A stretch of 64,000 nt of DNA from an uncultured Fibrobacterota bacterium (lineage in GTDB: Bacteria; Fibrobacterota; Chitinivibrionia; Chitinivibrionales; FEN-1185), in the NCBI GenBank assembly GCA_963729895.1, contig CAVSQB010000011.1:27441-91440 (forward strand), in the 5' to 3' direction. Positions 45,797-54,878 of the stretch are shown here, one piece after another. Made by a program: the position numbers and the translations under genes. Under the pieces are notes generated by a model. The model saw only the letters and a list, made by a program, of their open reading frames with translations. It made no database searches and had not been told where the DNA came from. Each line of letters starts with the position of its first letter. The first letter of the stretch is position 1.

Positions 45797-46080
45797 ACGT
45801 GTCGCGTTACCTCAAGGGGGAAAATACTTGATACAAAACCGGAGGGAGATGGGATTCGGAGAACAGGGAGGAGGGGCGAAAATGCCGGGAAGAAGAGTCT
45901 GACGGAAAAATTTGCGCCAAGCGTGCCCAACGGCGGAAAAGAGTGATCAGGATGCGATGATTGTGTCCCTTGCGAATAACCTACATGGTACCTTACTATC
46001 TGCAATAACCGCACCAGAAGGTGTCGTTCGGCGCAGCTATGGTAGGAGAGGGTCCTAATTTACCTGGCAGTAACTTCCCC

Positions 46081-46434
46081 TCAAACCGCCCTCGGCTCCA
46101 TCACCAGTCTCAGCCCCTCCAGAATCTCCCGAATTCTTTTCGCCGAAACCCTACCGATCTTTTCCTTCAAATCCGACTTGTCCAGCGTCATCATTTGCGT
46201 CACATTGACTACGCTTGCTCGCGGCAGTCCGGCCTCGCCTTTTCGTAAGAGGACATTCCCGGGAATAGAGGCGCGTGAGAGGTTGGAGGTGAGCGCGATT
46301 CCGATCGTTGTGTTGATACGGCTGGCGTTGAAAACGTTGTTCTGAACTATCACATAAGGATGTCTGTACCCGGGTTCGGATCCCGATGGATCATCAAGCT
46401 CGGCCCAGACGATGTCTCCTTGCTGGATCACCAT
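46081..46434 (-). CDS. mazF: Type II toxin, PemK/MazF family endoribonuclease
   Basis: MVIQQGDIVWAELDDPSGSEPGYRHPYVIVQNNVFN..IGIALTSN..GNVLL..EAGLPRASVVNVTQMMTLDKSDL. Confidence 0.85.
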   Translation of the reverse strand: MVIQQGDIVWAELDDPSGSEPGYRHPYVIVQNNVFNASRINTTIGIALTSNLSRASIPGNVLLRKGEAGLPRASVVNVTQMMTLDKSDLKEKIGRVSAKRIREILEGLRLVMEPRAV

Positions 46435-46676
46435 CGTTCCGCCTGCTTCCGGCGAGAATATGCTTTTTCCCGTTTGTGACGGGAAACGTCTTCAGTATCG
46501 TCCCTGTAAGAAGCGTTTATCCTGCGGATCAAATCAAGGTTTTCGTCCTTCTCGATCATGTGCTTTGCCGCCTGGCCGAAGAACTGGCTTCTCGAAATGT
46601 GGAGCTTTTTGGCGAGATGTTGGACTTTTTTGAACGTTTTTGTGTCAATGGAGATGGCCGTTTTTGTGGTGTTCAT
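46428..46676 (-). CDS. Antitoxin (ribbon-helix-helix / MazE-position partner)
   Basis: 82 aa. N-terminal TKTAISIDTKTFKKVQHLAKKLHISRSQFFGQAAKHMI. Overlaps mazF by 7 nt. Confidence 0.7.
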   Translation of the reverse strand: MNTTKTAISIDTKTFKKVQHLAKKLHISRSQFFGQAAKHMIEKDENLDLIRRINASYRDDTEDVSRHKREKAYSRRKQAERW

Positions 46677-46690
46677 GAGTGACTCTCCTT

Positions 46691-46731
46691 GGTTATACCA
46701 AAAGTATAACCCATGACGCTGGGAAAGTCAA
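46691..46731 (-). promoter_or_regulatory. Toxin-antitoxin promoter with an overlapping palindromic operator
   Basis: Minus strand reads TTGACT (46731-46726), a 17-nt spacer, then TATACT (46708-46703). Palindrome ggttatac-caaaa-gtataacc (46691-46711) covers the -10 and abuts the RBS aaggagag. Confidence 0.5.
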
Positions 46732-46871
46732 ATCCAACCATTCTTGGAACCCTGATGACTCATGCCGTCGTCCCATCCGTTATCATGTACAACGGATAAG
46801 CGGGGATATATTTTAAAAACCAATGTAACGAAAAAACCGCGTGTATCGTTCAGACAGGAGGAGCGGTTCGC

Positions 46872-47945
46872 ATGATAATCCACCTGACGCGCGACGCAAC
46901 GGCCAAGGACAAACAGGACGTCATCGACAGGATCCATTCGGCCGGCCTCAAGCACGAAGACCTGCATGCCACCACCGGAATCACGCTCATCGGCGTGCTC
47001 GGCGACACGAGCGCGGTGGAAGAGGGCTATTTCCTGGAACTCTCCGGCGTTGACAAGGTCATCCGCATTTCGCGGCCCTACAAGCTTGTCTCGCGCGAAT
47101 TTTCCGGCGTTTCAAAGGTTGTTTCGGTCGGCGACGTCAAAATCGGGGGCGACAAACTTGTCGTCATGGCCGGACCGTGCGCGCTGGAGAATGAGAATCA
47201 GGTTGAAACCATCGCCGGCTACATAGCCGGCCTCGGGGTCCCGGTGATGCGCGGGGGCGCGTATAAACCACGAACTTCGCCTTATGCGTTCCAGGGCATG
47301 GGCCTTGCGGGGCTCAAACTGCTGGCGAACATACGGCGGAGCTACGGCCTCGCAATCATCACCGAGGCAACCGGGCTTCACCGGCATATTGCACCGGACG
47401 GGACCCGGGAAGAGAAGACCGTACTCGAAAACGTCATCGAGTACGCGGACATCATTCAGGTGGGTGCGCGCAACATGAAAGCGTACGGGTTTCTCCAGGA
47501 ACTGGCTATTTTGACAAAGGATAACAAGAAGCCGATTCTCCTCAAGCGCGGCGAGTCGTCCACCATCAAGGACTTCCTGCTTGCGGCGGAATATCTCGTG
47601 GCCAACGGAAACCCCAACGTGATTCTCTGCCTGCGGGGCATCCGTACGTTCGAAGAGGAAAAGTTCCAGCGGTACACGGCGGACGTCGGCGCCGTCCCGG
47701 TGCTTAAGAGGGAATCCAACCTTCCCGTGGTGTTCGACCCGTCTCACGCCGCGGGGTACCGGGCAAACGTGTACCGGTTGAGCATGGCTGCCGTTGCTGC
47801 AGGCGCGGATGGCCTCCTCATCGAAACGCACAACGACCCGGCTCATGCGCTGTGCGACGGTGAACAGTGCGTGACGCGGGAGCAGTTGGGGAAAATCAAG
47901 GATGATGCGGAAAAGATCCGCGGACTGCTGCCGGGCGCATACTGA
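46872..47945 (+). CDS. aroF: 3-deoxy-7-phosphoheptulonate (DAHP) synthase, type I-beta, with an N-terminal ferredoxin-like regulatory domain
   Basis: GPCALENENQ, VPVMRGGAYKPRTSPYAFQGMG, IITE, QVGARNM, KRG, DPSHA. About 75 aa of N-terminal extension, as in Thermotoga-type enzymes. Confidence 0.85.
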   Translation: MIIHLTRDATAKDKQDVIDRIHSAGLKHEDLHATTGITLIGVLGDTSAVEEGYFLELSGVDKVIRISRPYKLVSREFSGVSKVVSVGDVKIGGDKLVVMAGPCALENENQVETIAGYIAGLGVPVMRGGAYKPRTSPYAFQGMGLAGLKLLANIRRSYGLAIITEATGLHRHIAPDGTREEKTVLENVIEYADIIQVGARNMKAYGFLQELAILTKDNKKPILLKRGESSTIKDFLLAAEYLVANGNPNVILCLRGIRTFEEEKFQRYTADVGAVPVLKRESNLPVVFDPSHAAGYRANVYRLSMAAVAAGADGLLIETHNDPAHALCDGEQCVTREQLGKIKDDAEKIRGLLPGAY

Positions 47946-47966
47946 TTTGTAAGGAGGACATGCGAG

Positions 47967-48959
47967 TTGAGCATCGTAGCGGAATTTGCACGCGAGCTTC
48001 ACACGGCCTATCCGGGCAAGAACGACCGTTCGCTCGTCCCTTTGGACTACCCTTCGAAAGGCGAAGGGCTCACCGGCATCCGCGTCGTGCTGTTTGACGT
48101 GTACGGAACGCTCTTCAACTATTGGCGGCCGGAATTCGGCGCGGAATCGAGCAAACAGGGGATTCTTCTGAAGGCTTTCAGGGAGACTATTTCCCGTTTC
48201 GGCATGCAGAAATTCCTTTTCGAAATGAACCCAGTCGAGCCGGCCGAAAAAACGCTGAGCGATTTATATCACGGCCTCATCACTCTCAAACATGAGCTGT
48301 CGGCCGAAAAGAAAATCGAATTTCCTGAAATCAGGATTGAAACAATTTGGGAACCCATCGTGCTCATGCTCAAACGCAGAGGGTACGATCCCTCGGCGAT
48401 GCATCTCGGCGGCGATGCCGACTTTGTCAAATGCGTTGCCTATTGCTACAACTTCTTTTCATTCAACCGCGGCCTGTATCCGGGCGTCGCTGAAGCCCTC
48501 AAACGGCTGCGGTCCGAGAACATTCTCCTGGGAATCGTGTCGAACGCGCAGTTCTACACGCTGGTGGACCTGTCGCTGTTTCTACGGGACCAAACGTCTG
48601 GTGAATGCGACGATTACGTCCGGCTGTTCGACAGAGACTTGCTGTTCTTCTCATTTGAATACGGCGTTTCCAAACCGAACCCCATGCTTTTTAGAAAGTT
48701 GTTCGACGCGTTGTACGAGTATCATGTGCTCCCGTCGCAGGCCCTGTTCGTGGGAAACGATCTGGCGTCCGACGTCAAGCCGGCTCAGGAGGCCGGCATG
48801 AAGACCGCGCTTTTTACCGGCGACGGTGAAAGCGTGTTTCTGCACGGCCTTGGCGGCACGGTGATGCCCGACATCTGTTTTTCGAAGTGGGACGACTTCG
48901 CAAACCTGGTCACGTTTTTCTCAAAAGAAGGCGTTGAAACAACGAAAGGACCCGGGTAA
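47967..48959 (+). CDS. HAD-superfamily hydrolase
   Basis: Motif I VVLFDVYGTLF, motif II GIVSNA, motif III/IV K..FVGNDLASDVKPAQEAGM. TTG start with RBS aaggagga. Confidence 0.7.
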   Translation: MSIVAEFARELHTAYPGKNDRSLVPLDYPSKGEGLTGIRVVLFDVYGTLFNYWRPEFGAESSKQGILLKAFRETISRFGMQKFLFEMNPVEPAEKTLSDLYHGLITLKHELSAEKKIEFPEIRIETIWEPIVLMLKRRGYDPSAMHLGGDADFVKCVAYCYNFFSFNRGLYPGVAEALKRLRSENILLGIVSNAQFYTLVDLSLFLRDQTSGECDDYVRLFDRDLLFFSFEYGVSKPNPMLFRKLFDALYEYHVLPSQALFVGNDLASDVKPAQEAGMKTALFTGDGESVFLHGLGGTVMPDICFSKWDDFANLVTFFSKEGVETTKGPG

Positions 48960-51900
48960 TGTCGACATTGAAGCGCATGCACATCGTGCTGTTCGCCGCG
49001 TGTTCGCTGGCGCTCGCCGGCGCGGGTGAGGCCAATTTCTTCACCGATTCCGTAGGGAGCATCGACGCGCTTCCTGCGGCGTTGCTCAAGGGCGCGCAGG
49101 AGGCGTACGGCGTAAACATGAAGGGTCTCGACGCTCTTGACAGAGGAGAACTCGACAGCGCCGCGGTTTACTTTTCCCGGGCCATGTCGCTGGTCCCGAA
49201 TTACACCGACGCCCGGAATAATATGGGCGTCGTGCATTTCAGGCGCGGCAACATTTCCCAGGCGCGGGAAATCTGGCGCTCCATAACCGAAAGCGACCCG
49301 TCGTACGCGACGGCATACTACAACCTGGGTGTCATTGCCTTTCACGAAAAGGACTTTCAGGCCGGCAGTGCCGTGCTGCAAAAGGCGCTGGGCCTCAACA
49401 GGAAGTTCGTTGAGGCATACATCATGCTCGGCCGGATGGAACTCATGATGGGCAAGAGACGCGAGGGACTCGAACGGTTCCGGGAAGCGTACAAGATCGC
49501 TCCCGACCGTGCCGAGGCCTGGCAGTTTTTGGCCTACGGCCTCGTATACGGCGGCGACACGGCTGCGGCGGTTGCGGTGCTTTCAAAACACAAAGACGAT
49601 GCCGCGGCCCTCAAAATGCTCGGCGAAATCGAATCGTTCCGCAAGAACTACAAGGCGGCGTCCGGCTATTTTCTGGAAGCGGCGTCCCGGGGCGGCAACC
49701 CCGACCAGTTGCTCGACCTGGCCTCGTCGGAAATTGACGAACACAACTGTGCGGACGCACGGGCCACGCTCGCCGTGTATGCCTCCAAGGTTTCGGTCCA
49801 GGCCGCGGACGCCTACCTCTACGCGGGCATCGCGGCAAAGGACTGCGGGGACATTCCCGCAGCTCGCGCGGCTTTCGAAAAGGGAGTCCAGAAGTATCCC
49901 GCCGATCCCATCCTGCGATACAATCTCGGCCAGATTTACTTTCTCCTCAAACAGTATGACCTGGCTGAAGGAATGTGGAACTCGGTGAGCGACTCCCTCA
50001 ACGATCCGTCGCTGTTCTACCTGCGCGCGCTCAACGCCCGGCAGCGCGGCAACCTCGCGCTCGCGGAAAATTACGTGCGCAGCGCCATCCGGCGCGACGA
50101 GAGACCCGAATACCTCGACCTGCTCGGCGTTGTCCAGTATGCCCAGGGAAACAAAGAGGAGGCCGCGGCAAGCTTCAGGAGAGCGCTCAAGATCGATCCC
50201 GAATTGCGTTCGGCCCAGTTGAACCTTGCCGTGGTGTCGCAATCCAAGGACGAACTGGAAAAAGCGGCCGCGGACCTGGAGAAGAAACGCGACGAATGCA
50301 GGAGCAAGTGCCAGGATGTCGCGCTGGAGCTTTCCATTTTGTACTATCACGAGGGACTGGTGGACAAGGCTGCGCGCCTTCTTGAAACGCTGCCCGACGG
50401 TGAAAAAAGCGAGCGCATCTTCCGCCATCTCGCCCTGTACTACCGTGACCTTCACGAATGGGACAAGGCGATCCGGACGCTCGAAAAATCGAAGACGTTC
50501 TTTGTGATCGATCTGCAGACCGAATACGAACTGGCCGAAGATTACCTGTTTTCGGGCAACAACCGGAAAGCGGTTGACGCGCTCAACGAGCTCCTTGGGA
50601 AATGGGAGCAGAACCCGTGGAGAATCTACTATCAGCTTGGGTATGCCTACATGGAAATGAAGGAGTTTGCAAAGGCAAAATCCTCCCTTGAGCAGAGCCT
50701 CAGGAAGAAACAGGACAACCTTGCCGCGCAAGGGCTGCTGGCTTACATCCTGAACGCGCAGGGGGACGTTGCGCAGGCGCGGACGCTGTGGGAAAAGACG
50801 CTCAGGGAAGACCCGTCGAACGTCGCCCTGCTCGTGAACATGGGGCTCTCGCTCGAAAAAGACGGGAAGTACGAAGAGGCGTTGCAATACTATCAGAAAG
50901 CCCAGCTGCTCAAGACGGATGACAAGGCGATCCAGATCAATATCGGCAACGCCTACAGCGGCATGGAAAAGAACCGCGAGGCGATCAACGCCTACACGGC
51001 CGCTCTCACCTCGCCCAAGCGCACGCTTGCCGCGTACGACATTTTCATCCTTGCGCAGAAGACCGGGGACGAGACCGCCGCGTCCGGCATGCTTTCGATT
51101 TTGACCGGCGAATTTCCCTCGTCGCCCTACACCGCCCGGGCGCAGGCCGACATGCTCCTGTTGAAGAAGGACACGGCGGCGGCGCTTGCGAAACTCGAAG
51201 CGGCATCGGACAAGGACCCCGGCGACCTGATAACGCTAGCCCGCATCTACACAAACAGGAAGAATGCGGCCAAGGCGTCGCACTACCTCGCCCTGCTTCC
51301 CGCGGAACCCTACTGGGAGAAGGCAAAGACAGGCGTGACGGCCCAGATGGATTTTTTCTCGGGCAACTATGCGCGCGCGTTTGCGGAATGGAAGAGCCTG
51401 GACGATTCGAGCTTTGCAACGCTTTACAACATGGCCGTGGCGGCGTTTAACGCAAAGGAATATGCCGATGCGATTGCGATAGGAGAAAGGGCTGTGGGGA
51501 AGGCGCGCGGCGAAGACAGGGCCGACGTATGCAGGGTTGCGGGTAACTCGGCCATGGGGCTCAAACAATGGAAGAAGGCGCTTGAGTGGTACCAGCAGCT
51601 CGAGGACGTCAAACGCACCGACCCGCTCGTGCAGTATAACCTTGCCGTCATCTGTTATAATCTGGGGACCATGGAAGAAAGCTGGACCTACTACCAGAAA
51701 GCCAGGCGGCTCGATCCCAAGCTTGAAAACAAGGACATCGAAAAACGGTACCAGGCTTTGCATTCCCCGGGCGCCGGCATTGCACAGATAATGGATTCCG
51801 TTGACTACTGGTACAATACCGCCGTCACCCTGCAGGACAGCGCTCACGACACTACCGCCGAGGCGTATTACAGGAAGATATTGGAAAAGAACCCGGCATA

Positions 51901-52162
51901 CTACCTCGCCTGGAACAACCTGGGAGCAATTTACTCCGGAAGGGGCGAATTGGATACGGCTGTGGAATGTTACCTCAAATCAATAGAAAAGCGGCACGAC
52001 ATTCCGGAGGCGTATGCAAACCTCGTGAATATTTACATCGAGATGAAGAACATCAAGGAGGCGCAGCGCTGGATTCTCAAGGGCCGGGGCCATAATCCCG
52101 ACAGCGAACTGCTCAAGGAGCTTGAGGTAAAGGTGAAGGAATTGGCAAAGAAGAAATTCTGA
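48959..52162 (+). CDS. Giant TPR-repeat protein (1067 aa), exported or membrane-associated
   Basis: N-terminal signal-like MHIVLFAACSLALAGAGEA. TPR-like repeats throughout. The start overlaps the HAD stop (TAATG). Confidence 0.8.
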   Translation: MSTLKRMHIVLFAACSLALAGAGEANFFTDSVGSIDALPAALLKGAQEAYGVNMKGLDALDRGELDSAAVYFSRAMSLVPNYTDARNNMGVVHFRRGNISQAREIWRSITESDPSYATAYYNLGVIAFHEKDFQAGSAVLQKALGLNRKFVEAYIMLGRMELMMGKRREGLERFREAYKIAPDRAEAWQFLAYGLVYGGDTAAAVAVLSKHKDDAAALKMLGEIESFRKNYKAASGYFLEAASRGGNPDQLLDLASSEIDEHNCADARATLAVYASKVSVQAADAYLYAGIAAKDCGDIPAARAAFEKGVQKYPADPILRYNLGQIYFLLKQYDLAEGMWNSVSDSLNDPSLFYLRALNARQRGNLALAENYVRSAIRRDERPEYLDLLGVVQYAQGNKEEAAASFRRALKIDPELRSAQLNLAVVSQSKDELEKAAADLEKKRDECRSKCQDVALELSILYYHEGLVDKAARLLETLPDGEKSERIFRHLALYYRDLHEWDKAIRTLEKSKTFFVIDLQTEYELAEDYLFSGNNRKAVDALNELLGKWEQNPWRIYYQLGYAYMEMKEFAKAKSSLEQSLRKKQDNLAAQGLLAYILNAQGDVAQARTLWEKTLREDPSNVALLVNMGLSLEKDGKYEEALQYYQKAQLLKTDDKAIQINIGNAYSGMEKNREAINAYTAALTSPKRTLAAYDIFILAQKTGDETAASGMLSILTGEFPSSPYTARAQADMLLLKKDTAAALAKLEAASDKDPGDLITLARIYTNRKNAAKASHYLALLPAEPYWEKAKTGVTAQMDFFSGNYARAFAEWKSLDDSSFATLYNMAVAAFNAKEYADAIAIGERAVGKARGEDRADVCRVAGNSAMGLKQWKKALEWYQQLEDVKRTDPLVQYNLAVICYNLGTMEESWTYYQKARRLDPKLENKDIEKRYQALHSPGAGIAQIMDSVDYWYNTAVTLQDSAHDTTAEAYYRKILEKNPAYYLAWNNLGAIYSGRGELDTAVECYLKSIEKRHDIPEAYANLVNIYIEMKNIKEAQRWILKGRGHNPDSELLKELEVKVKELAKKKF

Positions 52163-52407
52163 GAAGGACGGCCTTGCGTGAAATCAAAAACAAACCGCTA
52201 TCGCGACCCTCGCATCCGCTACAATCTTGAAGGCTGGAGCCGGAAAAAGCCTTTCGGGACCGGCTCGCCGGAACTGGGAAAACAGGCCATGGGGTTTGGC
52301 AGGAGGAAGAAGGGAAAATCGTGAAGCGGTATTCGCCCTCATATATTTTTGGTTTGTAATCCTTCTTGAGACGGCAACGCGCAGCAATCCGGCAGTCGGA
52401 GGAAGTA

Positions 52408-53739
52408 ATGGATTTCATGGATTCGGTCCTTATCGTCGGCAGCGGGGGCCGCGAGCACGCGATGGTCAAGGCGCTGTTGCGCTCCGACCGGCCGCTGTTC
52501 ATGTTCGGCTACCCCGGCAATCCGGGCATGCAGAACGACGGGTGTACGCTCGTTGACAGGAAGATGAAAGATTGGAACGAGCTCGCCGAATGGGTGGACA
52601 AAACCGGAATCGACCTGACCGTGGTGGGCCCCGAAGCGCCGCTGGTGGACGGCATCGTCGACACGTTCAGGAAGAAGGGGCGCGCCATCTTCGGGCCGAC
52701 CAGGAAAGCGGCGCAGCTCGAAGGGAGCAAGTCGTTTGCCAAGAAGTTCATGAAGAAATACGGCATACCCACGGCAGCGTTCTCAGTCTTTGACAACAAG
52801 GAAGCTGCCGTCGGCTACGTGAAAAAACAAGGCGTCCCCATCGTCGTCAAGGCAAGCGGCCTGGCGGCGGGAAAGGGCGCGGTGGTGTGCGACACGATGA
52901 AAGAGGCAACCGACGCGCTGTCCCTCATGTTCGACGGCAAGGCGTTTGGAGAAGCAAGCGCCACCGTGGTTGTCGAGGAGAAAATGAGCGGTGAGGAAGC
53001 CTCGGTCTTTGTCCTCACCGACGGAAAAACGTACAAGATCCTTCCGGTTTCACAGGACCACAAGCGCATCGGCGACAACGATACCGGACCCAACACAGGC
53101 GGCATGGGCGCGTATGCGCCGTGCCCGCTTGTGGACAAGAAAATGCTCACGCGGATTGAAGAAGAAATAATCGTACCAACGCTCGAAGGCATGAAGAAGG
53201 AAGACTGTGCGTATCAGGGGCTGCTGTACGCGGGCGTCATGACGACGCCGGAAGGCCCCAAAGTGGTCGAATACAACTGCCGGTTCGGCGACCCGGAGAC
53301 GCAGGCCGTGCTGCCGCTTGTCGAGTGCGACTGGTACGAGGCCTTCCTGGCGTGCGCCACGGGAAAATTGTCGTCGGTGAAATGGCGGGTGAGGCCCGGG
53401 TACTGCGTTTCGGTGGTGCTTGCCTCCAAGGGGTATCCCGGAGCGTACGAAAAAGGGAAAGTCATTGAAGGCATAGAAAAGGCCGAAGGCCATAAGAGCA
53501 ACGTGGACGCGTACCATGCGGGAACGGCGCTCAACGCCGGCGGCGACTTTGTCACCAACGGCGGGCGCGTGCTCACCGTGAGCGCATGGGACGAATCGTT
53601 GTCCGATGCCATTGCGGAGGCATACGAAGCGGTGGGCAAAGTCGATTTCGATGGCAAGACCTTCAGAAAAGATATCGCGGCCAAGGGATTGGCCAGGCTC
53701 AAAAAGAACGGGACTGCCGCGTCGGCGGTTGCGAGATAG
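52408..53739 (+). CDS. purD: Phosphoribosylamine-glycine ligase
   Basis: VLIVGSGGREHAM, VVGPEAPL, ATP-grasp blocks VVKASGLAAGKGV, HKRIGDNDTGPNTGGMGAY, EYNCRFGDPE. RBS ggagga before ATG 52408. Confidence 0.9.
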   Translation: MDFMDSVLIVGSGGREHAMVKALLRSDRPLFMFGYPGNPGMQNDGCTLVDRKMKDWNELAEWVDKTGIDLTVVGPEAPLVDGIVDTFRKKGRAIFGPTRKAAQLEGSKSFAKKFMKKYGIPTAAFSVFDNKEAAVGYVKKQGVPIVVKASGLAAGKGAVVCDTMKEATDALSLMFDGKAFGEASATVVVEEKMSGEEASVFVLTDGKTYKILPVSQDHKRIGDNDTGPNTGGMGAYAPCPLVDKKMLTRIEEEIIVPTLEGMKKEDCAYQGLLYAGVMTTPEGPKVVEYNCRFGDPETQAVLPLVECDWYEAFLACATGKLSSVKWRVRPGYCVSVVLASKGYPGAYEKGKVIEGIEKAEGHKSNVDAYHAGTALNAGGDFVTNGGRVLTVSAWDESLSDAIAEAYEAVGKVDFDGKTFRKDIAAKGLARLKKNGTAASAVAR

Positions 53740-53788
53740 GAAAACGATCGGTGTTCGTACCGTACCTTCGGTTGCGGAGGAGTTTTAC

Positions 53789-54253
53789 ATGGCGGGAATG
53801 AAAGTCGCGCTCGTGACGGGTTCCAAGTCGGACAAGGATCACGCCGACAAGGCCGAATCGTTGCTCAAGGAATTCGGCGTGGATTTTGAGACGTTCGTGA
53901 TATCGGCCCACCGCAACCCGAACAAGATAAAGAAGTTCTCCCGAAGCGCGGAGGAAAACGGGTTCGGCGTGATTATCGCCATGGCCGGTCTTGCCGCGCA
54001 CCTCCCCGGCGTGGTTGCGAGCCTCACGGTACTTCCCGTCATAGGCGTTCCCATCGAGTCGGGCCCGCTACATGGCGAAGACGCCCTGCTTTCAATCGTG
54101 CAGATGCCTCCGGGCGTGCCTGTGGCCTCCGTGGGGATCGGCAATGCGAAGAACGCCGCGCTGCTCGCCGTGCAGATCCTGTCGGTCCACAACATGAAGC
54201 TCCGGGAGAAGATGCGGGAGTACCGCAAGCAGTTCGGGGATGACCTTGACTGA
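53789..54253 (+). CDS. purE: 5-(carboxyamino)imidazole ribonucleotide mutase
   Basis: VALVTGSKSDKD, VISAHRNP, IIAMAGLAAHLPGVVA, PVIGVP, SIVQMPPGVPVA. Start set at ATG 53789. Confidence 0.9.
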   Translation: MAGMKVALVTGSKSDKDHADKAESLLKEFGVDFETFVISAHRNPNKIKKFSRSAEENGFGVIIAMAGLAAHLPGVVASLTVLPVIGVPIESGPLHGEDALLSIVQMPPGVPVASVGIGNAKNAALLAVQILSVHNMKLREKMREYRKQFGDDLD

Positions 54254-54878
54254 TAGGATTTCTCTGTCCTCGCTCCTTTCCCGCGGGTATCCTACGGCGC
54301 ATCTGAAAACGTGCGCCGGGCGGGTGAAAAACGGCGCTATCTTTGTATATCCCACGGAAACCATTTACGGCATCGGCGGCAGGGCCGACAACGCTGAGGT
54401 TGAACGCCGCATCCGTGGCATCAAAGAACGGAAGAAACTTTCGCCGTTCATCGTGGTTGCGGGAAACAGGAATTGCTTTGGTCCGCTGGGCCTCCGGTTT
54501 TCCCGCAGCGCCGAAATTCTCGCCGAAGAATTCTGGCCGGGAAATCTCACCCTTGTCCTTCCCGCGAAGGATGCTTTGGGGGGAATCGGGGTGAGGGTTT
54601 CGAACCATCCCTTTGTGGTTGCGCTGTGCGCCGAGCTCGGCGCGCCGGTTTTCTCCACGAGCGCCAACCGCGGGGATTCACCTTATGTGAACGACCCGGA
54701 TGCCATTTTCGCGACATTCGACGGCAAGATTGATTTCATGGTGGACGCCGGCGTTCTTCCGGCCGGCCGGCCTTCCACGGTGGTGAGGATACGCGCCGAC
54801 GATTCGGTTGAGGTCCTGCGTGAAGGCATCCTGTCGCGTGAACAGGTACTGCGCGTTGTGGACGGCGCACATCCATGA
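54240..54878 (+). CDS. tsaC: L-threonylcarbamoyladenylate synthase (TsaC/YrdC/Sua5 family)
   Basis: VYPTETIYGIGG, FWPGNLTLVLP, RVSNHP, PVFSTSAN. Overlaps the purE end by 14 nt. Confidence 0.8.
   Translation: MTLTDRISLSSLLSRGYPTAHLKTCAGRVKNGAIFVYPTETIYGIGGRADNAEVERRIRGIKERKKLSPFIVVAGNRNCFGPLGLRFSRSAEILAEEFWPGNLTLVLPAKDALGGIGVRVSNHPFVVALCAELGAPVFSTSANRGDSPYVNDPDAIFATFDGKIDFMVDAGVLPAGRPSTVVRIRADDSVEVLREGILSREQVLRVVDGAHP

Noticed and set aside
44498-45946. 482-aa plus-strand ORF
   Set aside because: It is antisense to the TPR/membrane-anchor gene. The minus-strand product has regular 34-residue repeats; the plus product has none.
49583-50887. 434-aa minus-strand ORF, and similar ORFs at 51236-51847, 31686-32573, 33782-34306 and 34310-34921
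   Set aside because: All are antisense shadows of the giant TPR, lipoprotein and SBP genes, with biased Arg/Val/Gly composition.
52163-52407. Possible purine-related riboswitch (ZTP/pfl-like) upstream of purD
   Set aside because: A gaccggc..ggaac..gggaaaac stretch loosely resembles part of the pfl motif. However, the conserved 3-prime CCGCCUGGGC pseudoknot partner and the P1/P2 architecture are absent. A cmscan against Rfam would settle the question.
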